Positions 20,503 to 30,037 of a stretch of DNA of 64,000 nucleotides are shown in pieces. Source of the stretch: an uncultured Chthonomonadaceae bacterium (GTDB lineage Bacteria > Armatimonadota > Chthonomonadetes > Chthonomonadales > Chthonomonadaceae); assembly GCA_963817895.1 (NCBI GenBank), contig CAWFQB010000001.1, positions 736,001 through 800,000 on the forward strand, given 5' to 3'. The translations under genes were made by a program, and so were the position numbers. How positions within the stretch are numbered: the stretch's first letter is position 1; each line of letters begins with the position of its first letter. Under the pieces are notes generated by a model. That model made no database searches, was not told the DNA's origin, and worked only from the letters and a program-made list of their open reading frames with translations.

Positions 20503-21324
20503 ATGCAAAAACGCTCCGGTTTTACGCTGATCGAATTGCTCGTCGTGATCGCCATTATAGCGATTCTTGCCTCCATTCTGTTCCCTGTCTTCGCCCAGGC
20601 GAGAGAGAAGGCGCGGCAGGCGACCTGCGTTTCCAACCAGAAGCAGATTCTGCTCGCCATTATGCAGTACACGCAAGATTTCGATGAAATGTTGCCACGC
20701 GGGCAAGTGGGCGCAGTCGCTTGGAGCGGAAACATTCCTGCCGATGAAGCCGTCGGCATGGAAAATGAACTGGATCCTTACATCAAAGCGGGCAACACTT
20801 GGGGGCCTGAGCGCTCCTCCAGCGTTTGGAAGTGCCCTTCAGACACATATAAACGCGATGACTGCGCCGGTGGTCCGGGGGTCGCAACAGGCTACGACAT
20901 CAGCTACGCTTTCACCAACTATGATTCGACTAATCCGCGCAAGTTCGGCGTTTTTGCCTTTAGTGCTAGTGCGGCCGTGAACTCGCAAACCCTATCCGGT
21001 GTCGGCAGGTCCGGTGATACAATCATCATGTGGGATTGGTGGAATCCCCAGGCCTACTCGCGTTATGAGGCTGTGACGCGCACAAACATGGATCAACTAC
21101 TTCAGTTTCCTGCTTATCCCGACTCCGTTCAACTCACCAACTACTGTGGAGACGGATATGATTGGAACTTCTCCTTTGGATCGCATGGCGGAATGACCAA
21201 TTTCGGCTTCATGGATGGGCATGTCAAAGCATCCAAGCGCGAGCAACTCTGGAACGTTGATAGTAGTAAAGTATGGGATTACAAAGCGCCCAACAAGATG
21301 CACTGGAATGAGCAGTACCATTAG
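20503..21324 (+). CDS. Prepilin-type DUF1559 H-X9-DG protein
   Basis: [36 protein letters not shown]. Confidence 0.93.
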   Translation: MQKRSGFTLIELLVVIAIIAILASILFPVFAQAREKARQATCVSNQKQILLAIMQYTQDFDEMLPRGQVGAVAWSGNIPADEAVGMENELDPYIKAGNTWGPERSSSVWKCPSDTYKRDDCAGGPGVATGYDISYAFTNYDSTNPRKFGVFAFSASAAVNSQTLSGVGRSGDTIIMWDWWNPQAYSRYEAVTRTNMDQLLQFPAYPDSVQLTNYCGDGYDWNFSFGSHGGMTNFGFMDGHVKASKREQLWNVDSSKVWDYKAPNKMHWNEQYH

Positions 21325-21371
21325 TAGGAGAACGCTCTTCTGGATAGCCTGTAAAACATCAGGGAGGCAGA

Positions 21372-21614
21372 ATGTCAGACCGTGACAAAAAGTTAGCCAT
21401 CGTGGGCGGAGTGTTGCTGATTTTAGCCGCATTGATTGCTTTCAAGACGATGGCCCCGCAACAGGTACATCCCATCAGCATCATTAACGCGACTGGGCAG
21501 AACCCGAAAGCGATATGGATGAAGGAACACAACAACGGCAAAACGCCCGACACGGAAACGCCGTCGGCACAAGAAGGGCCAAAACAGGACCCCAACTCAA
21601 TTGGTGATAAATAA
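21372..21614 (+). CDS. Small single-TM partner protein
   Basis: GGGAGG RBS and one N-terminal TM segment. Confidence 0.75.
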   Translation: MSDRDKKLAIVGGVLLILAALIAFKTMAPQQVHPISIINATGQNPKAIWMKEHNNGKTPDTETPSAQEGPKQDPNSIGDK

Positions 21615-21630
21615 CTCTGCCGATTGTTTG

Positions 21631-21675
21631 AAGCCCGCTGGAGTGTATACTACATTTCAGCGGGTTTTGTCTTTT
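21631..21675 (+). terminator. Rho-independent terminator
   Basis: AAGCCCGCTG...CAGCGGGTTTT followed by a T-rich tail. Confidence 0.7.
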
Positions 21676-21717
21676 ATCAGCCTTCTAATTTTTGTATTCT
21701 AAGGAAGATGTTTCGCT

Positions 21718-22788
21718 ATGCGTGAGGAGTCGTCTCAACAAAAAGATGCTTCCCCTTCTGTGCGCCACGTCCCGACACAACGGTACAGAGTAATCATTTT
21801 ACTTACTATCCTTGCTGTCGTTTCCGCTGTAAGCCTGAAATTCAATCAAAATCGTTCGCATGGGCGCGTAGATGAGTTGAGCGATCTGGAACAGCGCGCC
21901 CGGCAACATCCTGATAATGCAGATGCGTTGCTGAATTGGGCGAACGCATTGCAAAAAGCGGGTCAGCGCACACAGGCCATAGAGGTTTATTCCGACGCCG
22001 CACACCTTGCGCCAAACGATGCGCGGGCTTATGTTGGATTGGGCATTCTCGCGTTGCAGGAAAACCGCGAGGATGTTGCGCTCGTCAATTTTCGAGAGGC
22101 TGTAAAGTGCAATCCTAATGACGCAGACGTATGGAGCGCTCTTGCCCCGCTCGAAGTGAAGGCGCATGACTATCCGAAAGCCATTGACGCTTATCAACAC
22201 CTGACTAAATTGCAGCCCAGAAATGCGGATACCTGGCGACATCTAGGCGCTCTGCAAACCCACAGTCACAGGGTTGCGGAAGGGCATGAGGCTCTGCTGC
22301 AGGCTGTTACGCTCAACCCCGAAGATGCGGAAGCGCAAAACGCGCTGGGCGTCAACGCAATGGCGCTTTCACAACTGCCTGAAGCAAAGCAGGCTTTTGA
22401 AAAAGCGCTGACGAAGCGGCCCTATGATGATGAAGCTCTGACCGGACTGGCGCTGGCGACCCTGCAATTAGACCCCTCTCCTAACGGCTTAAAGTTAGCC
22501 GAGCAGCATGTTCGGCGCGCGCTTGCCCTGCGCCCGACCGCCGACGCGCATCTGGCGCTTGGACGGATTCATCTGCTGCGGCGCGAGTACGACAAAGCCA
22601 TTGCGGAGTTTAATACGACATTGCGCCTGGACAACGGGCAAACCACCGCTTATGTGTATCTTTCACAGGCATACGCGGCAAGCGGCAAGCCAGAACTGGC
22701 GCGTAAAGCCAGCGCGGATTACCAGCAGGCGACGGCAAAAGCAGCCCAAACGTCTGTGCAGGCGGGCAAGGCCGGTCCCGCAAAATGA
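21718..22788 (+). CDS. Membrane-anchored TPR protein
   Basis: TM segment followed by tandem TPRs (PDNADALLNWA, PNDARAYVGLG, PEDAEAQNALG). Confidence 0.88.
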   Translation: MREESSQQKDASPSVRHVPTQRYRVIILLTILAVVSAVSLKFNQNRSHGRVDELSDLEQRARQHPDNADALLNWANALQKAGQRTQAIEVYSDAAHLAPNDARAYVGLGILALQENREDVALVNFREAVKCNPNDADVWSALAPLEVKAHDYPKAIDAYQHLTKLQPRNADTWRHLGALQTHSHRVAEGHEALLQAVTLNPEDAEAQNALGVNAMALSQLPEAKQAFEKALTKRPYDDEALTGLALATLQLDPSPNGLKLAEQHVRRALALRPTADAHLALGRIHLLRREYDKAIAEFNTTLRLDNGQTTAYVYLSQAYAASGKPELARKASADYQQATAKAAQTSVQAGKAGPAK

Positions 22789-24518
22789 GATATTGCCAGT
22801 TCTGCCTGTGTCTGTCAGCGACATTTTTCCTGACGTTCTACCTTATTGGCTGTCGTCCACGTCCTTCTGCTCCGGTTTCCTCACCCTCCGCGTCCGGGCA
22901 GCCGCAAGCGCAATCGTCATCACAACCGCAAGCCCTGTTCCGCGATGTCGCGCAAGTAGTGGGATTGAACTTTCGTTGGGGACATGCCACCCGTGAACAC
23001 ATCAACATACTGGAAACTATCGGACACGGCTGCGCCTTTCTGGATTATGACGGCGACGGGAGAATGGATATACTGCTTGTGGGCAGCGCGCAGTGTCGGC
23101 TTTACCGTAATATGGGAAGCGGCAAGTTCACCGATGTTACCGCGCAGTCGCTTCCCCTTCCCCCGGACAAGGCACACTTTTTGGGTTGCTCGGTTGCCGA
23201 TTACGACAATGACGGCCACCCGGACATTCTGCTGACCGGCTATGGCAGCGTCGCGCTGTACCACAACCGGGGAAATGGAACGTTTGAAGATGTTACAAAA
23301 GGGAGCGGGTTGGCAGCCCGCAACGCCTCGGATTGGACTACAAGCGCGGCATGGGCGGATGTGGACGGAGATGAGCGGCTGGACGTGTATATCTGCCGTT
23401 ATGTGCAGTTTACGCCGCAATCTCGACAGTTATGCGGTTTCAAGGCGCTGGATGGCGCGAATGTTGACATGGCTTGCAGCCCGGTAGATTACCCGGCGCA
23501 GAAAGGTTCGCTGTACCGCAACGAGGGCAATGGTCATTTTCGGGACATTACCAGACAGGCCGGTTTGAGCAATACGCATGGCAATGGTTTGGGCGTCCAA
23601 TTTTGCGACTTTAACGGGGATGGCATGCCCGACCTGTATATCGCCAACGATACGCAAATATGCGACCTTTATCAGAACATGGGGCAGGGCCGCTTTCAGG
23701 AAGTCGGGGCGCAAACCGGCGTCGCCTATGGCGCAAGCGGATTAGTGCAGGCAGGTATGGGAGTGGATTGGGGCGATTACGACAACGATGGGCGTTTTGA
23801 TCTGCTCGTCGCCAATTATGCCAATCAGCCCAAAAGCCTTTACCACAATGAAGGCAGCGTTTTCGTCAATAACACCTATGCCAGCGGCCTTGCCGTGCCG
23901 ACACTGCGTTCGCTTTCGTTCGGCGCGGCCTTTGTGGATTATGATAATGACGGCCTGCTGGACATTGTTTTTACGAACGGTCACGTACAATCCGAAGTGG
24001 AAAAAGTAGATCGGACAACAACGTATTTACAGCCGTCGCAGCTATTCCATAATGCCGATAAGGGACACTTTACCGACGCAGGCGCCGAAGCCGGACCGGA
24101 CTTTGCGCGTCCGATTGCGGGAAGGGGCATGGCAGTGGGCGATTACGATGGCGACGGACGGCCCGACCTGCTTGTTGTAAATGATGAAGGCAGTCCCCTC
24201 CTGCTGCATAATGAGGAGCGTTCCGGCAACCACTGGCTCACCCTGCATTGCCTGCAAGGGCCGGGAAAGTGGGACTCCATTGGCGCGCAGGTAACGGTTA
24301 TAATAGGAAAACGCAAACAGATTGCCGAAGTACGCGCCGGAGGCAGTTACCTTTCCGCCAGTTCGCCCGAAGTTCATTTCGGGCTTGGCAAAGCGATGAT
24401 GGCAAACTCCATTCAAATACGCTGGCCGGATGGACGCAAAAGCCTGTTTCACGCTGCTGCCGCCGACCACATTTATCAGGCTATGTCGTCGAGTAACACC
24501 CTGATTCTCTTGAAATAG
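22785..24518 (+). CDS. CRTAC1 family protein (FG-GAP repeats + ASPIC/UnbV)
   Basis: Multiple DYDNDG motifs; C-terminal GGSYLS...VHFGLG...IRWPDG. Confidence 0.92.
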   Translation: MRYCQFCLCLSATFFLTFYLIGCRPRPSAPVSSPSASGQPQAQSSSQPQALFRDVAQVVGLNFRWGHATREHINILETIGHGCAFLDYDGDGRMDILLVGSAQCRLYRNMGSGKFTDVTAQSLPLPPDKAHFLGCSVADYDNDGHPDILLTGYGSVALYHNRGNGTFEDVTKGSGLAARNASDWTTSAAWADVDGDERLDVYICRYVQFTPQSRQLCGFKALDGANVDMACSPVDYPAQKGSLYRNEGNGHFRDITRQAGLSNTHGNGLGVQFCDFNGDGMPDLYIANDTQICDLYQNMGQGRFQEVGAQTGVAYGASGLVQAGMGVDWGDYDNDGRFDLLVANYANQPKSLYHNEGSVFVNNTYASGLAVPTLRSLSFGAAFVDYDNDGLLDIVFTNGHVQSEVEKVDRTTTYLQPSQLFHNADKGHFTDAGAEAGPDFARPIAGRGMAVGDYDGDGRPDLLVVNDEGSPLLLHNEERSGNHWLTLHCLQGPGKWDSIGAQVTVIIGKRKQIAEVRAGGSYLSASSPEVHFGLGKAMMANSIQIRWPDGRKSLFHAAAADHIYQAMSSSNTLILLK

Positions 24519-24537
24519 TCCTGCAAACAGTTTTCCA

Positions 24538-25822
24538 ATGAAACAACCCGAAATGACGTTTACTGCCGCGATACGCGCTCATACCCTATTTGTACTCGGT
24601 TCGCTTGGCCTGCTGCTGCTGTTGGCAGGCTGCGCCGGTCGAACCCCCTCCCCCGAAAACAAAAGCAACTCCAACGCCTCCGCCCTATCTACGCTGGGAC
24701 ACGAACTGCCGGGAACTGCCGCTTCCACTGATATTGCGGACACGCAGGGCTACGTCGGAAATGCGGCCTGCGCCGACTGTCACCAAAAGGAATTCAAAGA
24801 TCATGGCGACAGCAACCATGCCCACGCGCTGCATTTGATGACCCCGGATGATCTGGGAACGTCCGCGCCTCCCCCCGGCCCTCTGACCAATACGCCCACC
24901 ATGCTCAAACTCGCTGACAAAGCGTACTCTGTGGATACCGACCCGCCGCGAGGCAGAGGATTGCCGCTCCAATACGCGTTCGGGGCAGGCAAGTTCTGTT
25001 TTACCTTTGTCGGCGTACTGCCGGACAGCAAAAGTTTCGAGTTGCGCGCCAGTTATGTTCCCAAAACTCGGAAGTGGCAGAAGACACCGGGGCAGGAATT
25101 CCTCGGTCTTTCCAGCTTCGGTATCCGCCATAACACCCAGGTCAGCCGCAAATGTTTCGGCTGCCACGTCATCACGCTTTCCCCAACGGGATTGACGCCC
25201 GAAAAGCGGTTTATGGGTGTGGGGTGTAAATCCTGTCATGGGCCGGGAAACGCGCATATTACGGCGATGCGTTCAGGGCAAGCCGTAACAAGCGCTACCG
25301 ATTTACACATTGACCGGCCTGCAAACTGGGGCGCGAAACGTCAGAACGAGATGTGCGGGCGCTGCCATCGCACCGGGGCGGATGTCAATACGAAGCAGCC
25401 CGATACGGCAGTCACGGCGCGTTTTCAACCCTATGGCCTGATGCTTTCCCGCTGCTTCAAAGAGAGCAATGACACGCTTTCCTGCTCCACCTGCCACAAC
25501 CCCCACCAGAACACCTCCCACGACATTCGCGCCTACGAAGCCGCCTGCCTGAATTGCCACAGAGGAAACAGGGAAGAAAAGGAGAAAAGGAGAAAAGGAG
25601 AAAAGGAGAAGGGGAATTCACAATCGGCAATCGGCAATCAGCAATCGGCAATGCCTTCATCCTTCATCCTTCATCCTTCATCCTTTGCCAAAGCCTGCCC
25701 GGTCAACCCACAGAGTCGGATGTATCGGCTGCCACATGCCCAAACGTAAAATGCTGCCGGATTCCACGCTCGGCACATCCGCCGCCGACCACTATATTCG
25801 AGTTAATCGCGTCAGCCCATAA
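24538..25822 (+). CDS. Multiheme cytochrome c lipoprotein (c554-like), frameshifted at ~25717
   Basis: LLAGC lipobox; CADCH, CFGCH, CKSCH, CGRCH, CSTCH and CLNCH, plus a seventh motif CIGCHMP...ADHYIR* in the +1 frame. Confidence 0.88.
25571..25685 (+). repeat. In-frame compound octamer/heptamer insert in the cytochrome
   Basis: (GGAGAAAA)n + (CAATCGG)~4 + (TTCATCC)4, encoding EEKEKRRKGEKEKGNSQSAIGNQQSAMPSSFILHPSS. Confidence 0.9.
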
Positions 25823-25969
25823 CGCTTCATTCCTTCCGGCAGAATCTTGTATTTTATACCGTTCACCTGCTATACTAACGCCTGTAATCTTTTAGACCTT
25901 TGCAATCGAACACAACGGCGTGTAGGCAGGGCTTTTCTCCTTTTGGCGCTGCTGCCAATGTCTCAACGC

Positions 25970-25983
25970 TGATAGCGTTTTCA
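25970..25983. promoter_or_regulatory. LacI/cre-like operator
   Basis: TGATAGCGTTTTCA upstream of the third prepilin gene. Confidence 0.45.
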
Positions 25984-26058
25984 ATGTTTGGCTAATCTAC
26001 CATCCTACTGCCGCAGGTAAAAAGGCTTTTGGCAGCAACCGTAAAGGAGTTTGCACGT

Positions 26059-26925
26059 ATGCAGCATCACCCATCCCCGCGCAGGCAATCCGCTTTCACG
26101 CTCATTGAACTGCTTGTCGTGATCGCCATTATCGCGATTCTGGCCGCTATTCTGTTTCCCGTCTTTGCGCAGGCCCGCGAAAAAGCCCGCGCTATCTCCT
26201 GCATTTCCAACATCAAGCAGATAACTCTCGCGCACCAACAGTATATCCAGGATTACGATGAAACCCTGGGGGATCTGGAGGAGGGAGCCATTACCGGACA
26301 GGCGACTACCGCGCACGGCGGCACTCCCGGCTACATTTGGACGGGCTATATGCAGCCCTACATGAAAGGCATACAGGTTGCCTACTGCCCCTCGGCAGGA
26401 ACCAGAATCGTGAAAAGCTATGGCGGCTTCAACTTCACCGGACTTTTATATACTCGCGTAGACCGCAGCCAACTGAACATCGGCATCAACATTGACGGCA
26501 CGATTGGCTGGAACGGCTGGGGCTGCTACAAAAATTACACCGGCAGCAATCCGTACTGTAGTTCACAGTTTTTCACCCTGTCTACCTTCCAGTATCCCTC
26601 GCAAAGCGTGATGTTCGGGGACAGCGTTCCGGTTGATCCCAACGTCGCCAGCGGCAAAAGCTGGTTCATTGACCCGCAGCGCAACCCCGCCATCAACGAA
26701 ATCGGCGCAACCGCCTCGCGGCATCAGGGTGGAACCAACATCGGCTTTTTGGACGGTCACACCAAGTTCTATCCGCGCGCCAATACCCTGATTGTCACAG
26801 ACCAACTCTACAGCTCCGGTGGAACAGGCGAGTGCGTCAACTACAATACGGCCCATGTTTACTGGGACCCGCTGGCGGATGATCCGCAGTTGCTGACGCA
26901 ATGCGCGGGACAGGGATACCGGTGA
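26059..26925 (+). CDS. Prepilin-type DUF1559 H-X9-DG protein
   Basis: SAFTLIELL...[29 protein letters not shown]. Confidence 0.93.
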   Translation: MQHHPSPRRQSAFTLIELLVVIAIIAILAAILFPVFAQAREKARAISCISNIKQITLAHQQYIQDYDETLGDLEEGAITGQATTAHGGTPGYIWTGYMQPYMKGIQVAYCPSAGTRIVKSYGGFNFTGLLYTRVDRSQLNIGINIDGTIGWNGWGCYKNYTGSNPYCSSQFFTLSTFQYPSQSVMFGDSVPVDPNVASGKSWFIDPQRNPAINEIGATASRHQGGTNIGFLDGHTKFYPRANTLIVTDQLYSSGGTGECVNYNTAHVYWDPLADDPQLLTQCAGQGYR

Positions 26926-27167
26926 TGAAAAAAGACGTTAATCCCATGGTCTTGATCGGCATTGGCATCGTTGGTGTCCTTGTGCTGATTGTACTCGCTA
27001 TGCGTATCCTTGCGCCGCATCCGCCGGAAGCCACCATTCCCCCGCCGAACATGATGAATGAGGGCGCCATCAAACGCGCCAACATTGAGAAGCAGGCCGC
27101 TGGACAGACTGCGCCGACCGACCCGGCAGCCAGCAAAGGCATCGGCAGCGACCGAACAGGCGACTGA
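26925..27167 (+). CDS. Small single-TM partner protein
   Basis: [31 protein letters not shown] overlap with the prepilin stop. Confidence 0.78.
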   Translation: MKKDVNPMVLIGIGIVGVLVLIVLAMRILAPHPPEATIPPPNMMNEGAIKRANIEKQAAGQTAPTDPAASKGIGSDRTGD

Positions 27168-27218
27168 TACCCGCCCGTCGAATAACCCCGCTTAAACCGG
27201 CAGAAACTCGCTCTGCTA

Positions 27219-27256
27219 ACCGCCTCTCGAAATGCGCAAACGTTTCGAGAGGCGGT
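27219..27256. terminator. Hairpin
   Basis: 14-bp perfect inverted repeat ACCGCCTCTCGAAA / TTTCGAGAGGCGGT. Confidence 0.55.
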
Positions 27257-27764
27257 ATTGCGTTTGCAGGGCGAACACATCTAAAATACTCGACACCTGT
27301 TACATCCTGGCACATTCGCCCCATGCTGCGCCATCGACCTCCTCCTGATTTCCAACGCCAGAAAGAATGCCTGAAAATAGTAGAAAAACATCTGGTAAAA
27401 TAGCAAAAAAAACGAACTCGTGCTGCATCCGCCTCGTCTAACTACGCAATATACATCTACTTAATAGAGTCTGCTAACTAACTAGGCGACGAGACGCTGC
27501 AAATTCGCAATTCCTGACAACTAACAACTAACAACCTAAACTGAAGGGAGGCGCAAGAAGATGCCTGGTCACACCCGTTCGCCGTAACCATACGGAGGTC
27601 ACGACGCCTCCACTGTAAAATTTGACATAACGAGACACTGGGCTGAAAGCGCTGCATTGCCAATATTTCGACGCTGTCTCTACATACTCTTTTCTCTTTT
27701 TCATTCAAAGGTGTTCGCTCTGGCTGCGTTTGCATGCCTGCTGCAAGCCGCGCCGAAAGTGCAG

Positions 27765-27796
27765 TATAATGAGACACGGATTTGCAAACGTTTGCA
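27765..27796 (+). promoter_or_regulatory. -10 box plus perfect palindromic operator
   Basis: TATAAT (27765-27770) followed by TGCAAACGTTTGCA (27783-27796). Confidence 0.55.
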
Positions 27797-27823
27797 GAGG
27801 AAAGAAGTTTCGGAGGAACCGCT

Positions 27824-28282
27824 ATGACCGCTGTTACCGAACACCCCCGGCCTGTTGCGTTGCCGGAAGACGCGAAAATGACGATCACGCTGGAAGTATC
27901 GCCCGATCTGGCGATTCGCCTGACGAACGTGGCGGCGCGTCACGGCATCCCTTTGCGCGACTATGTGAACTGCCTGCTGGAAAAGGCCGCGTCCGAGGAG
28001 ATTCCCGCCCCGCCGCCTTCAACGCATGTCCCCGGCGAAGTCGCGGCGCGCGGCAAAGAGTGGTACGAGCGCGACATTCGCCACAAAGTCAACACGCCGG
28101 AAAACAAGGGCAAAGCCCTGGTCATCAACGTTGAAAACGGCGAATATGAAATGGATGCCGATGGTAATTTAGCGTTGGATCGCGCCCGCGCCAAACACCC
28201 CGACGCGCTATTTCTGCGTATGCGGATAGGTTACAGGGCTTACGGCAAAATGGGCGGCAGTTGGAGGAGCATGGAGGAATGA
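27824..28282 (+). CDS. Ribbon-helix-helix-like + small alpha/beta domain protein (antitoxin-like)
   Basis: TITLEVSPDLAIRLTNVAARHG; GKALVINVENGEYEMD...RIGY; GGAGG RBS. Confidence 0.7.
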   Translation: MTAVTEHPRPVALPEDAKMTITLEVSPDLAIRLTNVAARHGIPLRDYVNCLLEKAASEEIPAPPPSTHVPGEVAARGKEWYERDIRHKVNTPENKGKALVINVENGEYEMDADGNLALDRARAKHPDALFLRMRIGYRAYGKMGGSWRSMEE

Positions 28283-28383
28283 TCCCCGGAGTTGTCAACA
28301 TAGACTCTGACGTTGACGTACAATCCATGAGGAATTTTAGCCGCAAATATACGCGAATACACGCAAATGAGGAAAGATGCAGT

Positions 28384-29172
28384 ATGAGGAACACGGCGAA
28401 TAATGCGCGTACATGGCTTTGGACGGCGCGAATGGGGTGGTTGCTGTGCCTGTGCCTGCTGGCTTGTGGGCGGAGTGGGGCGCAGGCGAAAGGGGAATTG
28501 CGGGTTGCCGCTGCCGCCGATTTGTCCCGCGCGTTTACCGAAGTGGGGCAGGCGTTCGAAAAGCGGACGGGGCAGAAAGTGACGCTCGTTTTTGGGTCGA
28601 GCGGGCAGTTGACGCAGCAGATCGAAAACGGCGCTCCCTATGACGTGTTCGCGTCCGCCAACGAAGATTACATTGCGCGTCTGGATACGAAACGTCTAAT
28701 ATTGTCCGACACGCGCCACGTTTACGCGATGGGCAAACTGGTGTTGTGGACGCGCAAGGGAGGGCCATCACTGCCCGCCACGCTTGCCGAACTCGCCAAC
28801 CCGCGCTATGCCCGCATCGCCATCGCCAATCCCCGAACCGCGCCGTATGGCATGGCCGCGAAACAGGCGTTGGAAAAAGCGGGCGTATGGGACAAAATCC
28901 AGGCCAAACTGGTGACGGGCGAAAACATTCAGCAGGCGTTCCAGTTCGCGGCCAGCGGCAACGCGGACGTTGCCCTTGTTTCCCATTCGCTGACAGTGGA
29001 GAGTGGCGGCAACGCCCTGCCCGTTCCGCTCGCGCTGTACACGCCCCTGCGCCAGACCGTTGCCGTCCTCCAATCCTCGGCCCATGCCCCCCTTGCCCGC
29101 CGCTTTGTTGAGTTCGTTATCGGAAAGGACGGACAGGCAATATTGAAGAAGTACGGCTTTTCCCCGCCATGA
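28384..29172 (+). CDS. modA: Molybdate ABC transporter substrate-binding protein
   Basis: VAAAADL, FGSSGQL, YDVFASAN, IAIANPRTAPYG; start uncertain. Confidence 0.93.
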   Translation: MRNTANNARTWLWTARMGWLLCLCLLACGRSGAQAKGELRVAAAADLSRAFTEVGQAFEKRTGQKVTLVFGSSGQLTQQIENGAPYDVFASANEDYIARLDTKRLILSDTRHVYAMGKLVLWTRKGGPSLPATLAELANPRYARIAIANPRTAPYGMAAKQALEKAGVWDKIQAKLVTGENIQQAFQFAASGNADVALVSHSLTVESGGNALPVPLALYTPLRQTVAVLQSSAHAPLARRFVEFVIGKDGQAILKKYGFSPP

Positions 29173-29837
29173 GCGATGATGTTGCTATTGCCCTCTGGCT
29201 GTCCCTGCGCATTGCCGGTTGCGCCACCCTGCTGTCGGTTCTGATTGGACTGCCTCTCGCGTGGATTCTGTCGCGCCGCCGCGTTCCCGTTCGCGCGCTG
29301 TGGGAAAGCCTTGTCCTGCTGCCGCTGATTTTGCCGCCGACCGTATTAGGCTACTTTCTGCTGACCACACTTGGGGCGCAGTCCCGCGTCGCGCAATGGT
29401 TTCACGCCCTGACCGGGCGCGACCTGCATCTTGTTTTCACCTGGCAGGGCGCGACCCTTGCGGCCTGCATTGTGAGTCTGCCCCTGTTCGTCCGCTCCGC
29501 TCAGGCCGGGTTTGCCGACATTGACGCCGACTTGCTGGACGCCGCCCGCATCTTCGGCGCGAACGAGTCGCAGGTGTTCCGGCTGATTGCCCTCCCGCTT
29601 GCCCGTTCCGGCCTGATGGCGGGAATCGGACTGGCCTTTGCCCGCGCCCTCGGCGATTTCGGCGCGACCCTGATGATCGGCGGCAGCATCCCCGGCCAGA
29701 CCCGCACCCTGTCGCTGATGATCTACGACGCCTACAACGCGGGCAACGAGCGGCTTGCCGGACTGCTGGTTCTGGTTCTATCCGGCGTGTGCCTCGTTTT
29801 CGCCCTGTTCGCCTCCACCTTCGCAAGAAAAAACTGA
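29169..29837 (+). CDS. modB: Molybdate ABC transporter permease
   Basis: LPLILPPTVLGY and FARALGDFGAT. Confidence 0.93.
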   Translation: MSDDVAIALWLSLRIAGCATLLSVLIGLPLAWILSRRRVPVRALWESLVLLPLILPPTVLGYFLLTTLGAQSRVAQWFHALTGRDLHLVFTWQGATLAACIVSLPLFVRSAQAGFADIDADLLDAARIFGANESQVFRLIALPLARSGLMAGIGLAFARALGDFGATLMIGGSIPGQTRTLSLMIYDAYNAGNERLAGLLVLVLSGVCLVFALFASTFARKN

Positions 29838-29839
29838 TT

Positions 29840-29947
29840 GCCCTCAACCCCCGGCCCCTTCTCCCAAAAAAAGCTTGGGAGAAGGGGAGTCGTTTAAGAT
29901 TAAATTAGCCCCTCTCCCAAAGTTGGGAGAGGGGTTGGGGTGAGGGC
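29840..29947. repeat. CCCTC(A)CCCC...CTCTCCC/GGGAGAGGG REP-like palindrome doublet
   Basis: Two inverted hairpin units; relatives at 44061-44344 and 62093-62150. Confidence 0.8.
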
Positions 29948-30037
29948 TTGAACATCAATCTCCCAGATTTGCAACCCAAAAGCCTGCGTCTGCGTAGCAT
30001 AACCAAACAAACTGTGTCTTTGTGAAGGAGAAGCGCG

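Noticed and set aside
28384..29837. Missing modC
   Set aside because: The ATPase may be encoded elsewhere; cannot be judged from one window.
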